59,148 nt of DNA from an uncultured Clostridia bacterium (GTDB lineage Bacteria; Bacillota; Clostridia; TANB77; CAG-508), in NCBI GenBank assembly GCA_947623725.1, contig CANQHI010000005.1:1-59148 (forward strand), read 5' to 3'. How positions within the stretch are numbered: the stretch's first letter is position 1; each line of letters starts with the position of its first letter. The notes below the pieces were generated by a model. That model was not told the DNA's origin, ran no database searches, and saw nothing but the letters and a program-made list of their open reading frames with translations. The position numbers and the translations under genes were made by a program. This document shows, one piece after another, positions 26,689-37,587 of this stretch.

Positions 26689-27537
26689 TTATTTTATTCT
26701 ATTTAAAATCGCTTCTACCTCTTTTTCACTTAAATATCTCCATTGTCCTAATTTTAAATCTTTTACATCTATATTTCCTATTTTTACTCTATGCAGTGCT
26801 AGTACTTTTTTTCCTACTGCTTCACACATTTTTCTAATTTCTCTATTCTTGCCTTCTTTTATTGTTATTTGCAATCTTGAAAAATTTTTTTCTTCATCTG
26901 TTTTTAGAATTTTTACTTTTGCTGGTCTTGTTAAGTATTCTTCCTTCTCTATATCTTTTTGATTTGCTTTATTTTTTATATTTTCTTTACTTTTTGAATT
27001 TTCTTTGTTTTTTATATTTTCATGATTTTTAATACTAGAATAATCTTTCTTTTCTAAAGATATTTTTACACCTTTTTCTATTTCATCTATTTCTTCTTTA
27101 GTAATAATTCCCTTTAAAGTAACATTATATGTTTTTGGAATTTCATTTTTCGGATGAGTTATTTTATTTATAAAATCTCCATCGTTAGATAATATTAGTG
27201 CTCCTGATGTATACATATCTAGCCTACCTGCTGGTACTAATCTTTCACTAATTCCACCTATCAAATCTACGACTTTCTCTCTATTAAATTGATCATCTAA
27301 TGTTGTTACATATCCTATAGGTTTATTTAATAATACATAAATTTTTTTATCTTCTATTTTTAGCACTTTGCCGTCATATTCTATTACATCTTTTTTTGGA
27401 TTTACTTTAGTTCCAAGTTCTAAAACAGTTTGTCCATTAACTTTGATTTTTCCTTGCAAAATTAATTCTTCTGCTTTTCTTCTTGATGCAACTCCAGAAC
27501 TTGCAATAAATTTTTGTAGTCTTACATTTTCTTCCAA
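26689..27537 (-). CDS. rluB: Pseudouridine synthase, RsuA/RluB family, with a K/N/E-rich internal insertion
   Basis: S4 domain (RLQKFIASSGVASRRKAEELI) and a catalytic GRLDMYTSG motif. Confidence 0.8.
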   Translation of the reverse strand: MEENVRLQKFIASSGVASRRKAEELILQGKIKVNGQTVLELGTKVNPKKDVIEYDGKVLKIEDKKIYVLLNKPIGYVTTLDDQFNREKVVDLIGGISERLVPAGRLDMYTSGALILSNDGDFINKITHPKNEIPKTYNVTLKGIITKEEIDEIEKGVKISLEKKDYSSIKNHENIKNKENSKSKENIKNKANQKDIEKEEYLTRPAKVKILKTDEEKNFSRLQITIKEGKNREIRKMCEAVGKKVLALHRVKIGNIDVKDLKLGQWRYLSEKEVEAILNRIK

Positions 27538-27539
27538 AT

Positions 27540-28223
27540 TTATTTTTCCTCCATTAGATCTTTTACTATAAAATCAATACAATTGTTAAAAATATTTTTT
27601 AACGTCTGTTCATCAAACATAGTATAAACTCCATTTTCTATTTCCATATTTTTTATATTATTCAAATAATCTAATGTTTTTGTAATATCATTTTTAGTTA
27701 TCTGAAATCCCTCACCATCTTTTAATATCACATCTTCACTAACATTAGTACTAACTTCTATCTTTTTTTGTAAATCTATAGTAAATATTCTAAAATCTTT
27801 TTGTTTTTCAGCAACTGCATCATCCCATGTTTTTATTTCTTCACTATTATCTAATTTTTTTAGCTTAATTAAATCTTTATCATTATCAAAACCAAAGAAA
27901 TGATTACGATAGCTATATTCATTCCAAAAATAATCTGTTATCAAATGTATATAATAACCTAAAACAAAAGGATTATTAAAATTAGATTTATAGTTTTGTT
28001 TAAATTTCTTTAAGTCTGGAATTAATAAATGTATTCCATTTATATCAACATATTCTCCAAAATGAGTAATCTCATAAGGAAGTACTTTTGAAGTATTTTC
28101 TATAATATGTCCTGCTAAAATATCAGGTGCAACATTTCCAAAAATGAATTCATCAATATCATTGACTTTTATTTTTTTAGTTAACTCATTTGCAGTTGCT
28201 ATATGTATTATCCAACTTGGCAT
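27540..28223 (-). CDS. Hypothetical protein, possibly of the zinc-dependent phospholipase C-like hydrolase family
   Basis: MPSWIIHIA...GNVAPD...HLITDYFWN pattern. Weak assignment from memory. Confidence 0.4.
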   Translation of the reverse strand: MPSWIIHIATANELTKKIKVNDIDEFIFGNVAPDILAGHIIENTSKVLPYEITHFGEYVDINGIHLLIPDLKKFKQNYKSNFNNPFVLGYYIHLITDYFWNEYSYRNHFFGFDNDKDLIKLKKLDNSEEIKTWDDAVAEKQKDFRIFTIDLQKKIEVSTNVSEDVILKDGEGFQITKNDITKTLDYLNNIKNMEIENGVYTMFDEQTLKNIFNNCIDFIVKDLMEEK

Positions 28224-29147
28224 TTATATATTCTCCTCTAATTTTTCTAACACATTTTTAAAGTAATCTGGTAATTCTGCTTCTAAATGCATTTGTTTTC
28301 CTGTTTTAGGATGAGTAAATTCTAAAATTGTACTATGAAGCATTTGACCTTTTACTCCAAACTCATTTTTTCCACTAGAATATACTTCATCACCAACAAC
28401 TGGATGCCCTATTTTAGCTAAATGCACTCTTATTTGATGGGTTCTTCCTGTATCAATTTTAACTTTTAACAATGTATATTTTCCATATCTTTTAATTACT
28501 TTTATATGTGTGATTGCTTCTTTTCCATCTACTCTTGCTTCCATCTTTTTTCTATCTAATTTACTTCTTCCAATTGGCATATCAATTGTTGCCTCTTCTT
28601 CACTAATATTGCCTTTTACTAATGCTGTATAAATCTTTTTAACTTTGTGATTTTGTATTTGATTAGATATGTTCAGATGTGCCTCATCATTTTTAGCTAC
28701 AATAATTAAACCAGAAGTATCTTTATCAAGTCTATGTACTATTCCAGGTCTTATCTCTCCTCCAATTCCAGATAAACTCCCTTTTGCATAATTTAATACT
28801 GCATTTACTAAAGTTCCTTCTTGATTACCATTTCCGGGATGAACTACCATTCCCTTTTGTTTATTAATAACTATTATATCATCATCTTCATAAACAACAT
28901 TTAATGGAATATCTTCTGCTTTAATTTCAGTTTCTTTAGGAGGTTCTATTATAATTTTAATTTTATCATTTTCTTTTACTTTATATGACTCTTTTTGTGA
29001 TTTTTCATTTACTAAAATTTTATTATTTTTAATTAGCTTTTGAGCCATACTTCTCGTAATATGAATATCAAGACTTGCTACATAAGTATCAAGTCTTTGA
29101 TTATTTTCTTTTTCATTTACTGTATAAATTTTTTCTTGCATTTCCAC
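28224..29147 (-). CDS. rluD: RluA/RluD-family 23S rRNA pseudouridine synthase
   Basis: S4 domain plus HRLDKDTSGLIIVAKN and GRTHQIRVH motifs. Confidence 0.85.
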   Translation of the reverse strand: MEMQEKIYTVNEKENNQRLDTYVASLDIHITRSMAQKLIKNNKILVNEKSQKESYKVKENDKIKIIIEPPKETEIKAEDIPLNVVYEDDDIIVINKQKGMVVHPGNGNQEGTLVNAVLNYAKGSLSGIGGEIRPGIVHRLDKDTSGLIIVAKNDEAHLNISNQIQNHKVKKIYTALVKGNISEEEATIDMPIGRSKLDRKKMEARVDGKEAITHIKVIKRYGKYTLLKVKIDTGRTHQIRVHLAKIGHPVVGDEVYSSGKNEFGVKGQMLHSTILEFTHPKTGKQMHLEAELPDYFKNVLEKLEENI

Positions 29148-29181
29148 TCTTCCTATTACAATAAAATTTGCTAGTGGTTAA

Positions 29182-31023
29182 TTAACTTTGTTCTTCTGCT
29201 AATCTTTCATATATAATAAAATTTGAATCACTATATAATTCTTTATATTTTTCATCTCTAGATAAAAGCATTTTTAATTTTGAATTTACTTTGCATATAA
29301 TATGTGTTACTCCGTATGTTTCAAATTTTGTATCATAATAAGTTGTTATACTTGATACATTTATGAAATCTGTAAATATATCTTGTCCTTCATATTTTCC
29401 ATTTTCTTTATTATAAGTACCATTAAATTCTGGAGTATACAAGTCACATCTAGAATCTATGAATACTGGTACATCATTTAAAAGTATGTAACTACCATAA
29501 TTATAATCATTAAACAATTTTATGTTTTTGTAATCTAAGTTTTCTTTTATCCAATTAACCGCATCTACCGGATATGTACTAGTACTAATATATGAGGCTC
29601 TTGAATTTTTTGTATATAAGTTTAAGCTTATCATCAATACAATTGCAATAGCCACTATTTCCCCAACTATACTAGTTGAATATTTCATAAAATCTTCAGT
29701 GCCTTGCTTATCATACATATCGATTAAGTTTGTTAGCATTTCGCCAACAACCATTCCTCCAAATAACACTAGCATTGAAACTTGTCTTCTTGTCATTAAT
29801 GCAAGTAAAGTTAACCCACCAAGGAAAAATATATCTCTTAATTTTAATTTAATTTTTGTAAACATTGCCATTGCAATTGTTATTGCCAATGTTATCAATA
29901 TAGGAATATTTTCGATTAATGTTAGTGGTAAATGTTCATTTACACTTTTAGTTGTATTTCCTTGCATTATTCTATATGTATAAGTGTAAGGCATATCTTT
30001 TATTGGTGTAAGAAGTCCTGTAAATAAGCAAATTACCATAATAACAAATAATTTTAAAGTATTATGATTTTTTTCTAATACAATCTTATATGGTTTCTTT
30101 CTTCTTTCATTTTGTTTTATTAAATCTGATTCAAAAATAGAATTTGATTTTTCTAACAATTTATTTAATTTTTGTAATTGAGCTTGATATTTTTCTACTT
30201 TATTTTTCTGTGCTTTCTTTAATTTTTGATTTGTTTCTTTTATTCTTTCTTTTATCCACCATTGATACACTTTATGTGGAATATGCCAGTCTAATATTAC
30301 TGCAATCACATATTCTGCTAAGAATGGTAAATATAATACAAAGTAAAATGGGAATACTGCGGCATGCACATTTGCAATAATTATCGGAATAACAATCAGC
30401 CCAATAGCATATCGCAACTTTGGTTTTTCTAAATATTTTACAATTAATAAAATTGTTGCAACAAATAATATAAATGTCACTAGCTGAGCTCTTGCTGCAA
30501 TATATTCTCTCATGAGTTCCATTTGTCCTAAGGTTAAAACTGCGGACACTACTGGATTTTTACACATTTTCTTATTAGTAAAATATAATAAAATACCTAA
30601 AATTATTGTTAAAATAATTGTAGAAATATATATACCTGTATATCCACCCATAAAATCAAAGATAAGTGAAATTATTATATCATATAGCCAGTGAGGATAC
30701 ATATATGGCAAGTTTTCAATCCATGAAAAATGGTCTTTATAATCTATGCCATTTTCCCTAATTAGTTGCCCTGTTTTTATTGTATAAAAAGTATCATTTT
30801 GTAAACTCTTTGGCACTATTGAAATACAGAATATTGTTATACAAAATACCGCTAAAATATTAAATGCTAAATGTAATGATTTTCTTTCTTTATCTGTTAA
30901 TTTTTTTTCTTTTGTATTTTTCTTTAAAGTACTCTCAATCATATTATTTTTTATCTCTGATTTTTCTGCTTCTTTTGTATTCTCTTCCTTTTTTAAAGAA
31001 TTATTTTTTTTCGGTTTAAACAT
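29182..31023 (-). CDS. Large polytopic membrane protein of unknown function
   Basis: 613 aa with many TM segments, an internal charged coiled-coil-like insertion and a soluble C-terminal domain. Confidence 0.55.
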   Translation of the reverse strand: MFKPKKNNSLKKEENTKEAEKSEIKNNMIESTLKKNTKEKKLTDKERKSLHLAFNILAVFCITIFCISIVPKSLQNDTFYTIKTGQLIRENGIDYKDHFSWIENLPYMYPHWLYDIIISLIFDFMGGYTGIYISTIILTIILGILLYFTNKKMCKNPVVSAVLTLGQMELMREYIAARAQLVTFILFVATILLIVKYLEKPKLRYAIGLIVIPIIIANVHAAVFPFYFVLYLPFLAEYVIAVILDWHIPHKVYQWWIKERIKETNQKLKKAQKNKVEKYQAQLQKLNKLLEKSNSIFESDLIKQNERRKKPYKIVLEKNHNTLKLFVIMVICLFTGLLTPIKDMPYTYTYRIMQGNTTKSVNEHLPLTLIENIPILITLAITIAMAMFTKIKLKLRDIFFLGGLTLLALMTRRQVSMLVLFGGMVVGEMLTNLIDMYDKQGTEDFMKYSTSIVGEIVAIAIVLMISLNLYTKNSRASYISTSTYPVDAVNWIKENLDYKNIKLFNDYNYGSYILLNDVPVFIDSRCDLYTPEFNGTYNKENGKYEGQDIFTDFINVSSITTYYDTKFETYGVTHIICKVNSKLKMLLSRDEKYKELYSDSNFIIYERLAEEQS

Positions 31024-31046
31024 ATATATCTCCTTTTTAACGTCCT

Positions 31047-33455
31047 TTATTTTATTACAATATTATAAATTCTATTTGGTACATAAATTTCTTTAACTAT
31101 TTCTTTGCCTTCGATATATGATTTTATTTTTTCACAATTATGAACTTGAGTCTTAACTTCATCATTGCTTGCATCTTTCATTATATCAATATTTGCTCTT
31201 AATTTTCCATTAACTTGTATTGGTAAATCAATCATCTCATCTAAAGTTTTTGCCTCGTCATATTCTGGCCATTTTCTATATGCTAATTCATCTGTATGTC
31301 CTAGTCTTTGCCATATTTCTTCAGTTATATGAGGTGCAAATGGATTTAATAATTGTAAAAATGTCTCATATTCTTTTTTATTTATTTTTTTAGCCTTAGT
31401 AAATTCATTTACCATTGTCATAAATGTTGATACTGATGTGTTAAATTTCATTTCTTCAATATCTTTTGAAACTTTTTTTACTGCTTTATGCATCATTGAT
31501 TCAAATTCTTTTGAATACTCGTCACCATCAACCATTATATCTTGCAAGCACCAAACTCTATCTAAGAATTTACTACATCCTCTAATGCTTTCCATAGACC
31601 AAGGTGCTGTTTGATCAAATGGTCCCATAAACATTTCATAAACTCTAAAGCTATCAGCTCCAAATTCTCTTACTATATCATCTGGATTAACAACATTTCC
31701 TTTTGATTTAGACATCTTTTCGCCATTTTCACCAAGTATCATACCATGTGAAGTTCTTTTTTGATATGGTTCCTTAGTTGGTACTTTGCCAATATCATAT
31801 AAGAATTTGTGCCAAAATCTTGAATATAATAAGTGAAGTGTTGTATGCTCCATTCCACCATTATACCAATCAACTGGAGACCAGTATTCTAGGGCTTCTT
31901 TTGAAGCAAATTCTTTATCATTGTGTGCATCCATATATCTTAGATAATACCAAGAAGAACCTGCCCATTGTGGCATTGTATCAGTTTCACGTCTTGCATC
32001 TTTTCCGCAATGTGGACATTTTGTTTTTATCCAATCAGTTTGCTTTGCTAAAGGTGATTCTCCATTTTCACCTGGTTCATAATCTTCTATTTCTGGTAAT
32101 TTAAGAGGAAGTTCCTCTTCTGGTACTGGTACCCAACCACAATCTTCACAATAAACCATTGGAATTGGCTCTCCCCAATATCTTTGACGAGAAAATACCC
32201 AATCACGTAATTTATAATTTACTTTTCTCTCTCCAATGCCTTCTTTTTCTAGATAATTAATTACTTTTTCTATTGATTCTTTTTTATTATCAATTCCATT
32301 TAAGAAATCAGAATTAATCATTATCCCGTCACCTGTATATGCACCTTCTGTTTGATCTTCTGCTGGTCTCTCAATTACAGGAATTATATCTAGTCCAAAT
32401 TTTTTAGCAAATTCATAATCTCTTTCATCATGTGCTGGAACAGCCATTATAGCTCCTGTTCCATAAGTAATAAGTACATAATCAGAAATCCAAATAGGTA
32501 TTTCCTTGTTATTTATAGGATTAATTGCTTTTATTCCTTTAATTTCAACACCTGTTTTTTCTTTGTTTAATTCTGATCTTTCAAAATCTGATTTCATTGC
32601 TGCTTTTTCTTGATAAGCTTTAACCTCATCAAGATTTTCAATCATATCTTTATGCTTTTCAATAAAATCATGTTCTGGTGCAACTACCATATATGTTGCT
32701 CCAAATAAAGTATCTGGTCTTGTTGTATAAACAAGTAAAGAATCATCTGTTCCTTTAATTTTGAATTTTACATCTGCTCCTTCACTTCTTCCTATCCAAT
32801 TTTTTTGTTGAGCTTTAATTTTATCAAGAAAATCAACATCATCTAAATCGTCAATTAATCTTTGTGCATATTCAGTAATTTTAAGCATCCATTGAGATTT
32901 TTCTTTTTGAACAACTGGGCTACCACATCTTTCACAAACACCATTTACAACTTCTTCATTTGCTAATCCTACCTTACAACCAGTACAGAAATTAATTGGC
33001 ATAGTTGCTTTATAAGCTAGTCCTTTCTTGAATAATTGTATAAATATCCATTGAGTCCATTTATAATAATCTGGATCAGTTGTATTTATTTCTCTAGACC
33101 AGTCAAAAGAAAATCCTATTGATTTAAGTTGATTTTTAAAATGTGCAATATTTTGTTCTGTTGTAATTTTTGGATGAATATGATTTTTTATTGCATAATT
33201 TTCTGCTGGAAGTCCGAAAGCATCAAAACCTATCGGATATAAAACATTATATCCTTGCATTCTTCTTTTTCTTGCAACTATGTCTAATGCCGTATAACTA
33301 CGTGGATGTCCAACATGAAGTCCTTGTCCTGATGGATATGGGAACTCAATTAATCCAAACCACTTAGGCATTGTGTAATCATCTTTTGCATTAAATGTAC
33401 CATCTTTTTCCCATTTTTTTTGCCATTTTTCTTCTACTTCTTTAAAATTATACAT
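31047..33455 (-). CDS. leuS: Leucine--tRNA ligase
   Basis: 802 aa with HVGHPRSY (HIGH) and KMSKSKGN (KMSKS) motifs. Confidence 0.95.
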   Translation of the reverse strand: MYNFKEVEEKWQKKWEKDGTFNAKDDYTMPKWFGLIEFPYPSGQGLHVGHPRSYTALDIVARKRRMQGYNVLYPIGFDAFGLPAENYAIKNHIHPKITTEQNIAHFKNQLKSIGFSFDWSREINTTDPDYYKWTQWIFIQLFKKGLAYKATMPINFCTGCKVGLANEEVVNGVCERCGSPVVQKEKSQWMLKITEYAQRLIDDLDDVDFLDKIKAQQKNWIGRSEGADVKFKIKGTDDSLLVYTTRPDTLFGATYMVVAPEHDFIEKHKDMIENLDEVKAYQEKAAMKSDFERSELNKEKTGVEIKGIKAINPINNKEIPIWISDYVLITYGTGAIMAVPAHDERDYEFAKKFGLDIIPVIERPAEDQTEGAYTGDGIMINSDFLNGIDNKKESIEKVINYLEKEGIGERKVNYKLRDWVFSRQRYWGEPIPMVYCEDCGWVPVPEEELPLKLPEIEDYEPGENGESPLAKQTDWIKTKCPHCGKDARRETDTMPQWAGSSWYYLRYMDAHNDKEFASKEALEYWSPVDWYNGGMEHTTLHLLYSRFWHKFLYDIGKVPTKEPYQKRTSHGMILGENGEKMSKSKGNVVNPDDIVREFGADSFRVYEMFMGPFDQTAPWSMESIRGCSKFLDRVWCLQDIMVDGDEYSKEFESMMHKAVKKVSKDIEEMKFNTSVSTFMTMVNEFTKAKKINKKEYETFLQLLNPFAPHITEEIWQRLGHTDELAYRKWPEYDEAKTLDEMIDLPIQVNGKLRANIDIMKDASNDEVKTQVHNCEKIKSYIEGKEIVKEIYVPNRIYNIVIK

Positions 33456-33725
33456 AAGCTTATTTCCTTGTAAATTAATATTTAGGTTTTTGCTTTAAGG
33501 ATTTGCCTATAAACCATATCTTTATATCATTTAAAAAATGATGCTTTTGTTAAGTTATTTATTTCCGTAAGAATTAATGTATACATTATACAACATAAAT
33601 ACATAAAAATCCATACATTTTAGTGAAATATTATTACTATAATGTTACATTTTTTTAATCTAGCTGTTATATTATTTTTCAATTTATAGTGTATAATGTA
33701 TAGTGTTAAACAAAGGAGAATGTTA

Positions 33726-34820
33726 ATGGATTCAGTTAACCAAGAACTTGAAAAAAGTGGAATTCAAGTAATTTGCCCTATAAACATTATTAATGTAAAC
33801 GAGATTTCAACGTATATTTCTCGCTTACTTTGTTCAAAATTTCCAGACTTTAATTTAAACTATAATGATATGTTTATACGCATTTCAAAACTTAACATGT
33901 ATATTGCAGATATGCCTTTTGGTATGTCTGATGCTTGTTATTTTTACAAGAATCAGAGTATCTACTTTAGAAAAGGGCTTAGTTTTGATGATATAAAAAG
34001 ACTTGCTTTTCATGAGATAGTCCATCATTTCCAAGAAGTTAAGGATTCAAATGGTAATTTACACAAATTAGGTTTATGCACATATTTAAAGCTAAAGTCT
34101 TACGGATTAGCTCTAAATGAAGCTTCTGTTCAACTTATGTCTTCATTTGCAACTGGAGAAAAGCGTGATATTGTTACATACTACGGAATTACTTTACCAA
34201 CTGACAGTCCATCTTACTACCCAATCCTTTGTAATTTAATAAAACAAATTGGATACTTAACTGGTTTTGCTTGTTTATTTAATAGTACATTTTTTTCTAA
34301 TGATAAATTTTTTGATAGATTTAAAGCTTTATTTGGCGAAAAAAATGCATTTATTATTCAGCAAAATTTTGAAAAACTACATGACATAGAAGGAAAAATC
34401 ATTAAGATAAATACAAAAATTCAAACTACTGATATGTCTTATCATAAATTTAAAAATTCGACTGATACTATAAATGGCTATAAAGAACAAATAAGAAAAA
34501 CTTTCTTTGATACGCAAAATTTGATTATTACTTCATATTTCGATGCGAGAATGCGTGAATTATCTAGTGTTGATGCTATTCAAGAATTCAGAAAACGTTT
34601 GTCAAGTTTTAGTAACTTAATTGGTACAAGTGAAAATTATACATTTTTTAACGACTATTATTTAAAGAAAATGGTAGAAGTTGATAAAAAATACGAAGAA
34701 ATTACAAGTGGAGAAAATAATACTCTTATTGTTGTAAAAAAATCTATGTTTTCTACTCTTTTCAGTGCTTTGAAAAAAATATTTATGCATAATCAAGAAG
34801 AACTTGAAAGTGATAATTAA
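33726..34820 (+). CDS. Hypothetical protein with an HExxH metalloprotease-like motif
   Basis: FHEIVHHFQ. The ATG at 33726 lies 8 nt after AAAGGAG. Confidence 0.5.
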   Translation: MDSVNQELEKSGIQVICPINIINVNEISTYISRLLCSKFPDFNLNYNDMFIRISKLNMYIADMPFGMSDACYFYKNQSIYFRKGLSFDDIKRLAFHEIVHHFQEVKDSNGNLHKLGLCTYLKLKSYGLALNEASVQLMSSFATGEKRDIVTYYGITLPTDSPSYYPILCNLIKQIGYLTGFACLFNSTFFSNDKFFDRFKALFGEKNAFIIQQNFEKLHDIEGKIIKINTKIQTTDMSYHKFKNSTDTINGYKEQIRKTFFDTQNLIITSYFDARMRELSSVDAIQEFRKRLSSFSNLIGTSENYTFFNDYYLKKMVEVDKKYEEITSGENNTLIVVKKSMFSTLFSALKKIFMHNQEELESDN

Positions 34821-34832
34821 AATTTTTTATAT

Positions 34833-34864
34833 AAAAGCTGGTCTAAATTTAGACCAGCTTTTTA
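34833..34864. terminator. Bidirectional terminator between the HExxH gene and pilin-like gene 3
   Basis: AAAGCTGGTCT-aaattt-AGACCAGCTTT with flanking A and T runs. Confidence 0.75.
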
Positions 34865-34909
34865 TATTAACAATTCTTGCTTTAAAAAAATTTTCTGTAA
34901 TTTATATAA

Positions 34910-36202
34910 CTAATTATATTTAATTAATTTGAATTTCACAGTTTCATCTTCTTCAACTTTTTCTAAATCGTATCCACTAGATATTAAGTTGATACTAACT
35001 ATTGGGCGAAGTGCACTTCCCTGACACCAAACCTGATTCCAAGTCTCAATCATAGACCTACCTCCTATATCTTCCGAAGTGATAAAACCATTACTCCCCT
35101 CTACCGTACATATACCAAACTCACCATGATCCACAAATAAATGAGTATATCGACACGAAAGCCAGTAAGTCATATAATGCTTGTCAAATAAGATATCCTT
35201 ATATTTCTCATCTTTGAATTCTTCGTTCGAATATTTATGCCCGATACTACTCGATTGTTTTAGTTCCACATTATCACAACTTTTTTGGGCTGTATCAACT
35301 TTCATATTATCATTTTCTAGTTCCCATATCAAGCCTTCTTTATCTTCTCCCACTCCTTCTCCATCTTTATATTCATAAGACCACTCTTCATCTTTTTCCC
35401 ACATTACTGGATAATAACAATTACTTTCATATTTATGAGTACTTCCATAAGATATATCTCCACTTGAATCATATTGCCACCCATTCTCTCTATTTCCAAG
35501 CTTATGCTTATACTGGGTAAAATCATAAGTACTTACATTTTGTATATCACTTCTTTTTAAATTTGCTACTGATATTCCTCTTTTCATTTGATTATTTTCA
35601 TCATATTGTCCATAACATTGTCTACATATTTCATTTACTGCCCACACTCCGTTATTATATCCTGTTGCTCCTTTTAATGTTAATGTTGCCTCTGTTGGTT
35701 TATCTGATATTAATCTTATTGTTTTTGTATATTTATCATAATCCCAGATTCTCCATTCTAATTCTTCTGTTGTAAATTTTTGATCTCCATTTGTTTCTAC
35801 ACCATCAATTGTATTACCATTTTCACCTTGATTTGAAGTCACTCCTGATGTTTCACTTTTTATTATAAATTCACTTCCTGTTGTTTTTCCTGTTGGCTCG
35901 TATCCTTTTACATATGCTCCTACATAATCATTATAATCTATTGATATTTTTTCCATCTCTTCTGCTATACTATCCAATGCTGATTGTTCTTGTTTTTCTG
36001 CCTCTTGATATTCATTTACTGCTTTTTTTGCCATTCTAAACAATCCATTTTCACTTAATGCTGTATTTATTGTTATTCCTGCTAATATTAATAGTATTAT
36101 TATGGTTATTACTAGTGCTACTAATGTGATTCCTTTTTCTTTATGATTTATTTTTCTCCTATTGTGCATTTTATTTTCTTTTACATTATCCTTATTTTTC
36201 AT
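34910..36202 (-). CDS. Pilin-like-anchored protein, paralog 3 (intact counterpart of paralog 2)
   Basis: ...HKEKGITLVALVITIIILLILAGITINTALSENGLFRMAKKAV... with C-terminal YWLSCRY...ALRPIVSINL. ATG follows AAAGGAGAACTAAC. Confidence 0.75.
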   Translation of the reverse strand: MKNKDNVKENKMHNRRKINHKEKGITLVALVITIIILLILAGITINTALSENGLFRMAKKAVNEYQEAEKQEQSALDSIAEEMEKISIDYNDYVGAYVKGYEPTGKTTGSEFIIKSETSGVTSNQGENGNTIDGVETNGDQKFTTEELEWRIWDYDKYTKTIRLISDKPTEATLTLKGATGYNNGVWAVNEICRQCYGQYDENNQMKRGISVANLKRSDIQNVSTYDFTQYKHKLGNRENGWQYDSSGDISYGSTHKYESNCYYPVMWEKDEEWSYEYKDGEGVGEDKEGLIWELENDNMKVDTAQKSCDNVELKQSSSIGHKYSNEEFKDEKYKDILFDKHYMTYWLSCRYTHLFVDHGEFGICTVEGSNGFITSEDIGGRSMIETWNQVWCQGSALRPIVSINLISSGYDLEKVEEDETVKFKLIKYN

Positions 36203-36317
36203 GTTAGTTCTCCTTTTTTTTATTTTTTACTTTTGTTTTATTTTATATACCTTAATTTGAAATTTTTATATTATGCATTGAATTATAATATTATGTTATA
36301 TTATTTCATTTGAAATA

Positions 36318-36346
36318 ATTTTATCAATACTAAAGTATTAAGTCAA
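36318..36346 (-). promoter_or_regulatory. Promoter-like element between switch L3 and gene 3
   Basis: The minus strand has TTGACT, a 17-nt spacer and TAAAAT with an upstream TGn. The same block is conserved at 58850-58878. Confidence 0.45.
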
Positions 36347-36372
36347 TATTAAACAAGACTTTACTTCTATAC

Positions 36373-36569
36373 TTTTTATTAAGTAATAAACTTAATAAAA
36401 AAGCTATAAATTTTATAATCCATATATTTCAACGAATTAATAAGATTCATAACTTTTATTTTTTACTAATTTGTAATAATTTTCTTTATCTATATTATTG
36501 CTTAACTGCTTATATTTATTATATAAATTTATTTATACTATTTTTATTAAGTTTATTACTTAATTATTT
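36373..36569. promoter_or_regulatory. Putative invertible segment (switch L3)
   Basis: Site 36373-36401 is TTTTTATTAA/GTAATAAAC/TTAATAAAAA. Site 36541-36569 is TTTTTATTAA/GTTTATTAC/TTAATTATTT. They form a 24-nt perfect inverted repeat. Promoter-like TTGCTT-18-TATAAA lies at 36498-36527 (+). Confidence 0.55.
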
Positions 36570-36786
36570 TTTTCTGTAATTTTTGTTACTTAAAATTAAA
36601 TTCTAATCTTGTTTTCAGTAAAAAAATCAAATTATACTTTAAAACTTAAAAATTATATCAAATTGATATAATTATTTTTTTTATTTAACATTTATCTGTA
36701 TATTTTTTCTTAATTTGGAAATATTAACTATAAAATTGTTTAGAAGTACTTACATCTTCTAAAAAAGAAAGGATTTTAGTTTTATT

Positions 36787-36999
36787 ATGGGTATTGAAAA
36801 ACATATTCAAGTTACAGGTAAATCAACTGTTTCATGGAAGGACGCAATTGTTCAAACTGTTGAGGAGGTATCAAAAACAATTAATTTTGTAACATCAATT
36901 AAGATTCTTGAACAACGTGCAAAAATAACCGTAAATAAAATAACTGAATACTATGTTGATTTAGATATTACATTTATGGTTGAACAAAAAAATTCATAA
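36787..36999 (+). CDS. Dodecin-family protein
   Basis: 70 aa. KHIQVTGKSTVSWKDAIVQTVEEVSKT...ITEYYVDLDITF matches the dodecin pattern. Confidence 0.7.
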   Translation: MGIEKHIQVTGKSTVSWKDAIVQTVEEVSKTINFVTSIKILEQRAKITVNKITEYYVDLDITFMVEQKNS

Positions 37000-37040
37000 T
37001 TTATTTTACAAAACATTATGAGAAAGGAGATAAATATACT

Positions 37041-37484
37041 ATGAATCCCACTGATACATCAAAAGAGTATGGAGAATATGTAAAAAAGAAAGCTCCAAAT
37101 TCACCTATTTTAAAAGATTGTTTCAATGCTTTCTGGGTTGGTGGATTAATATGCTCTATTGGTCAATTAATATTTTTTTATTGCAAATTTAAAGGTTTAG
37201 ATCAGACAGCATCATCTACAGTAGTTTCAATTTGTTTAATCCTTATATCTGTAATTCTAACTTCTTTAAATATATTTAATAGAATAGGAAAATTTGCAGG
37301 TGCTGGTTCACTTATCCCTATTACTGGATTTGCTAATTCAATTGTTTCACCTTCTATCGAATATAAATCTGAAGGTTATGTTATGGGTGTTGGCGCAAAA
37401 ATGTTTACAGTAGCAGGACCTGTTTTAGTTTATGGAATTTCTGCATCAGTAATTATTGGAATTATTGCTTGTTTATTCATATAA
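37041..37484 (+). CDS. spoVAC: Stage V sporulation protein AC
   Basis: YVKKKAPNSPILKDCFNAFWVGGLICSIGQ...ITGFANS. Operon context fits. Confidence 0.9.
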   Translation: MNPTDTSKEYGEYVKKKAPNSPILKDCFNAFWVGGLICSIGQLIFFYCKFKGLDQTASSTVVSICLILISVILTSLNIFNRIGKFAGAGSLIPITGFANSIVSPSIEYKSEGYVMGVGAKMFTVAGPVLVYGISASVIIGIIACLFI

Positions 37485-37587
37485 CCTTTAACTTAAATTA
37501 ATAATAAAAAATATTTTTTATATACCAAACAAGGTTATAGGCTTGCCTTTTAAAAACCTAAATATATTTACGAGGAATGATTTTTTA

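Noticed and set aside
33456-33695. An expected T-box leader upstream of leuS.
   Set aside because: On the minus strand I could not find the conserved T-box sequence (AGGGTGGNACCGCG-like) or a specifier-loop arrangement. The region is uniformly AT-rich with only a short hairpin. A covariance-model scan would be needed to be sure.
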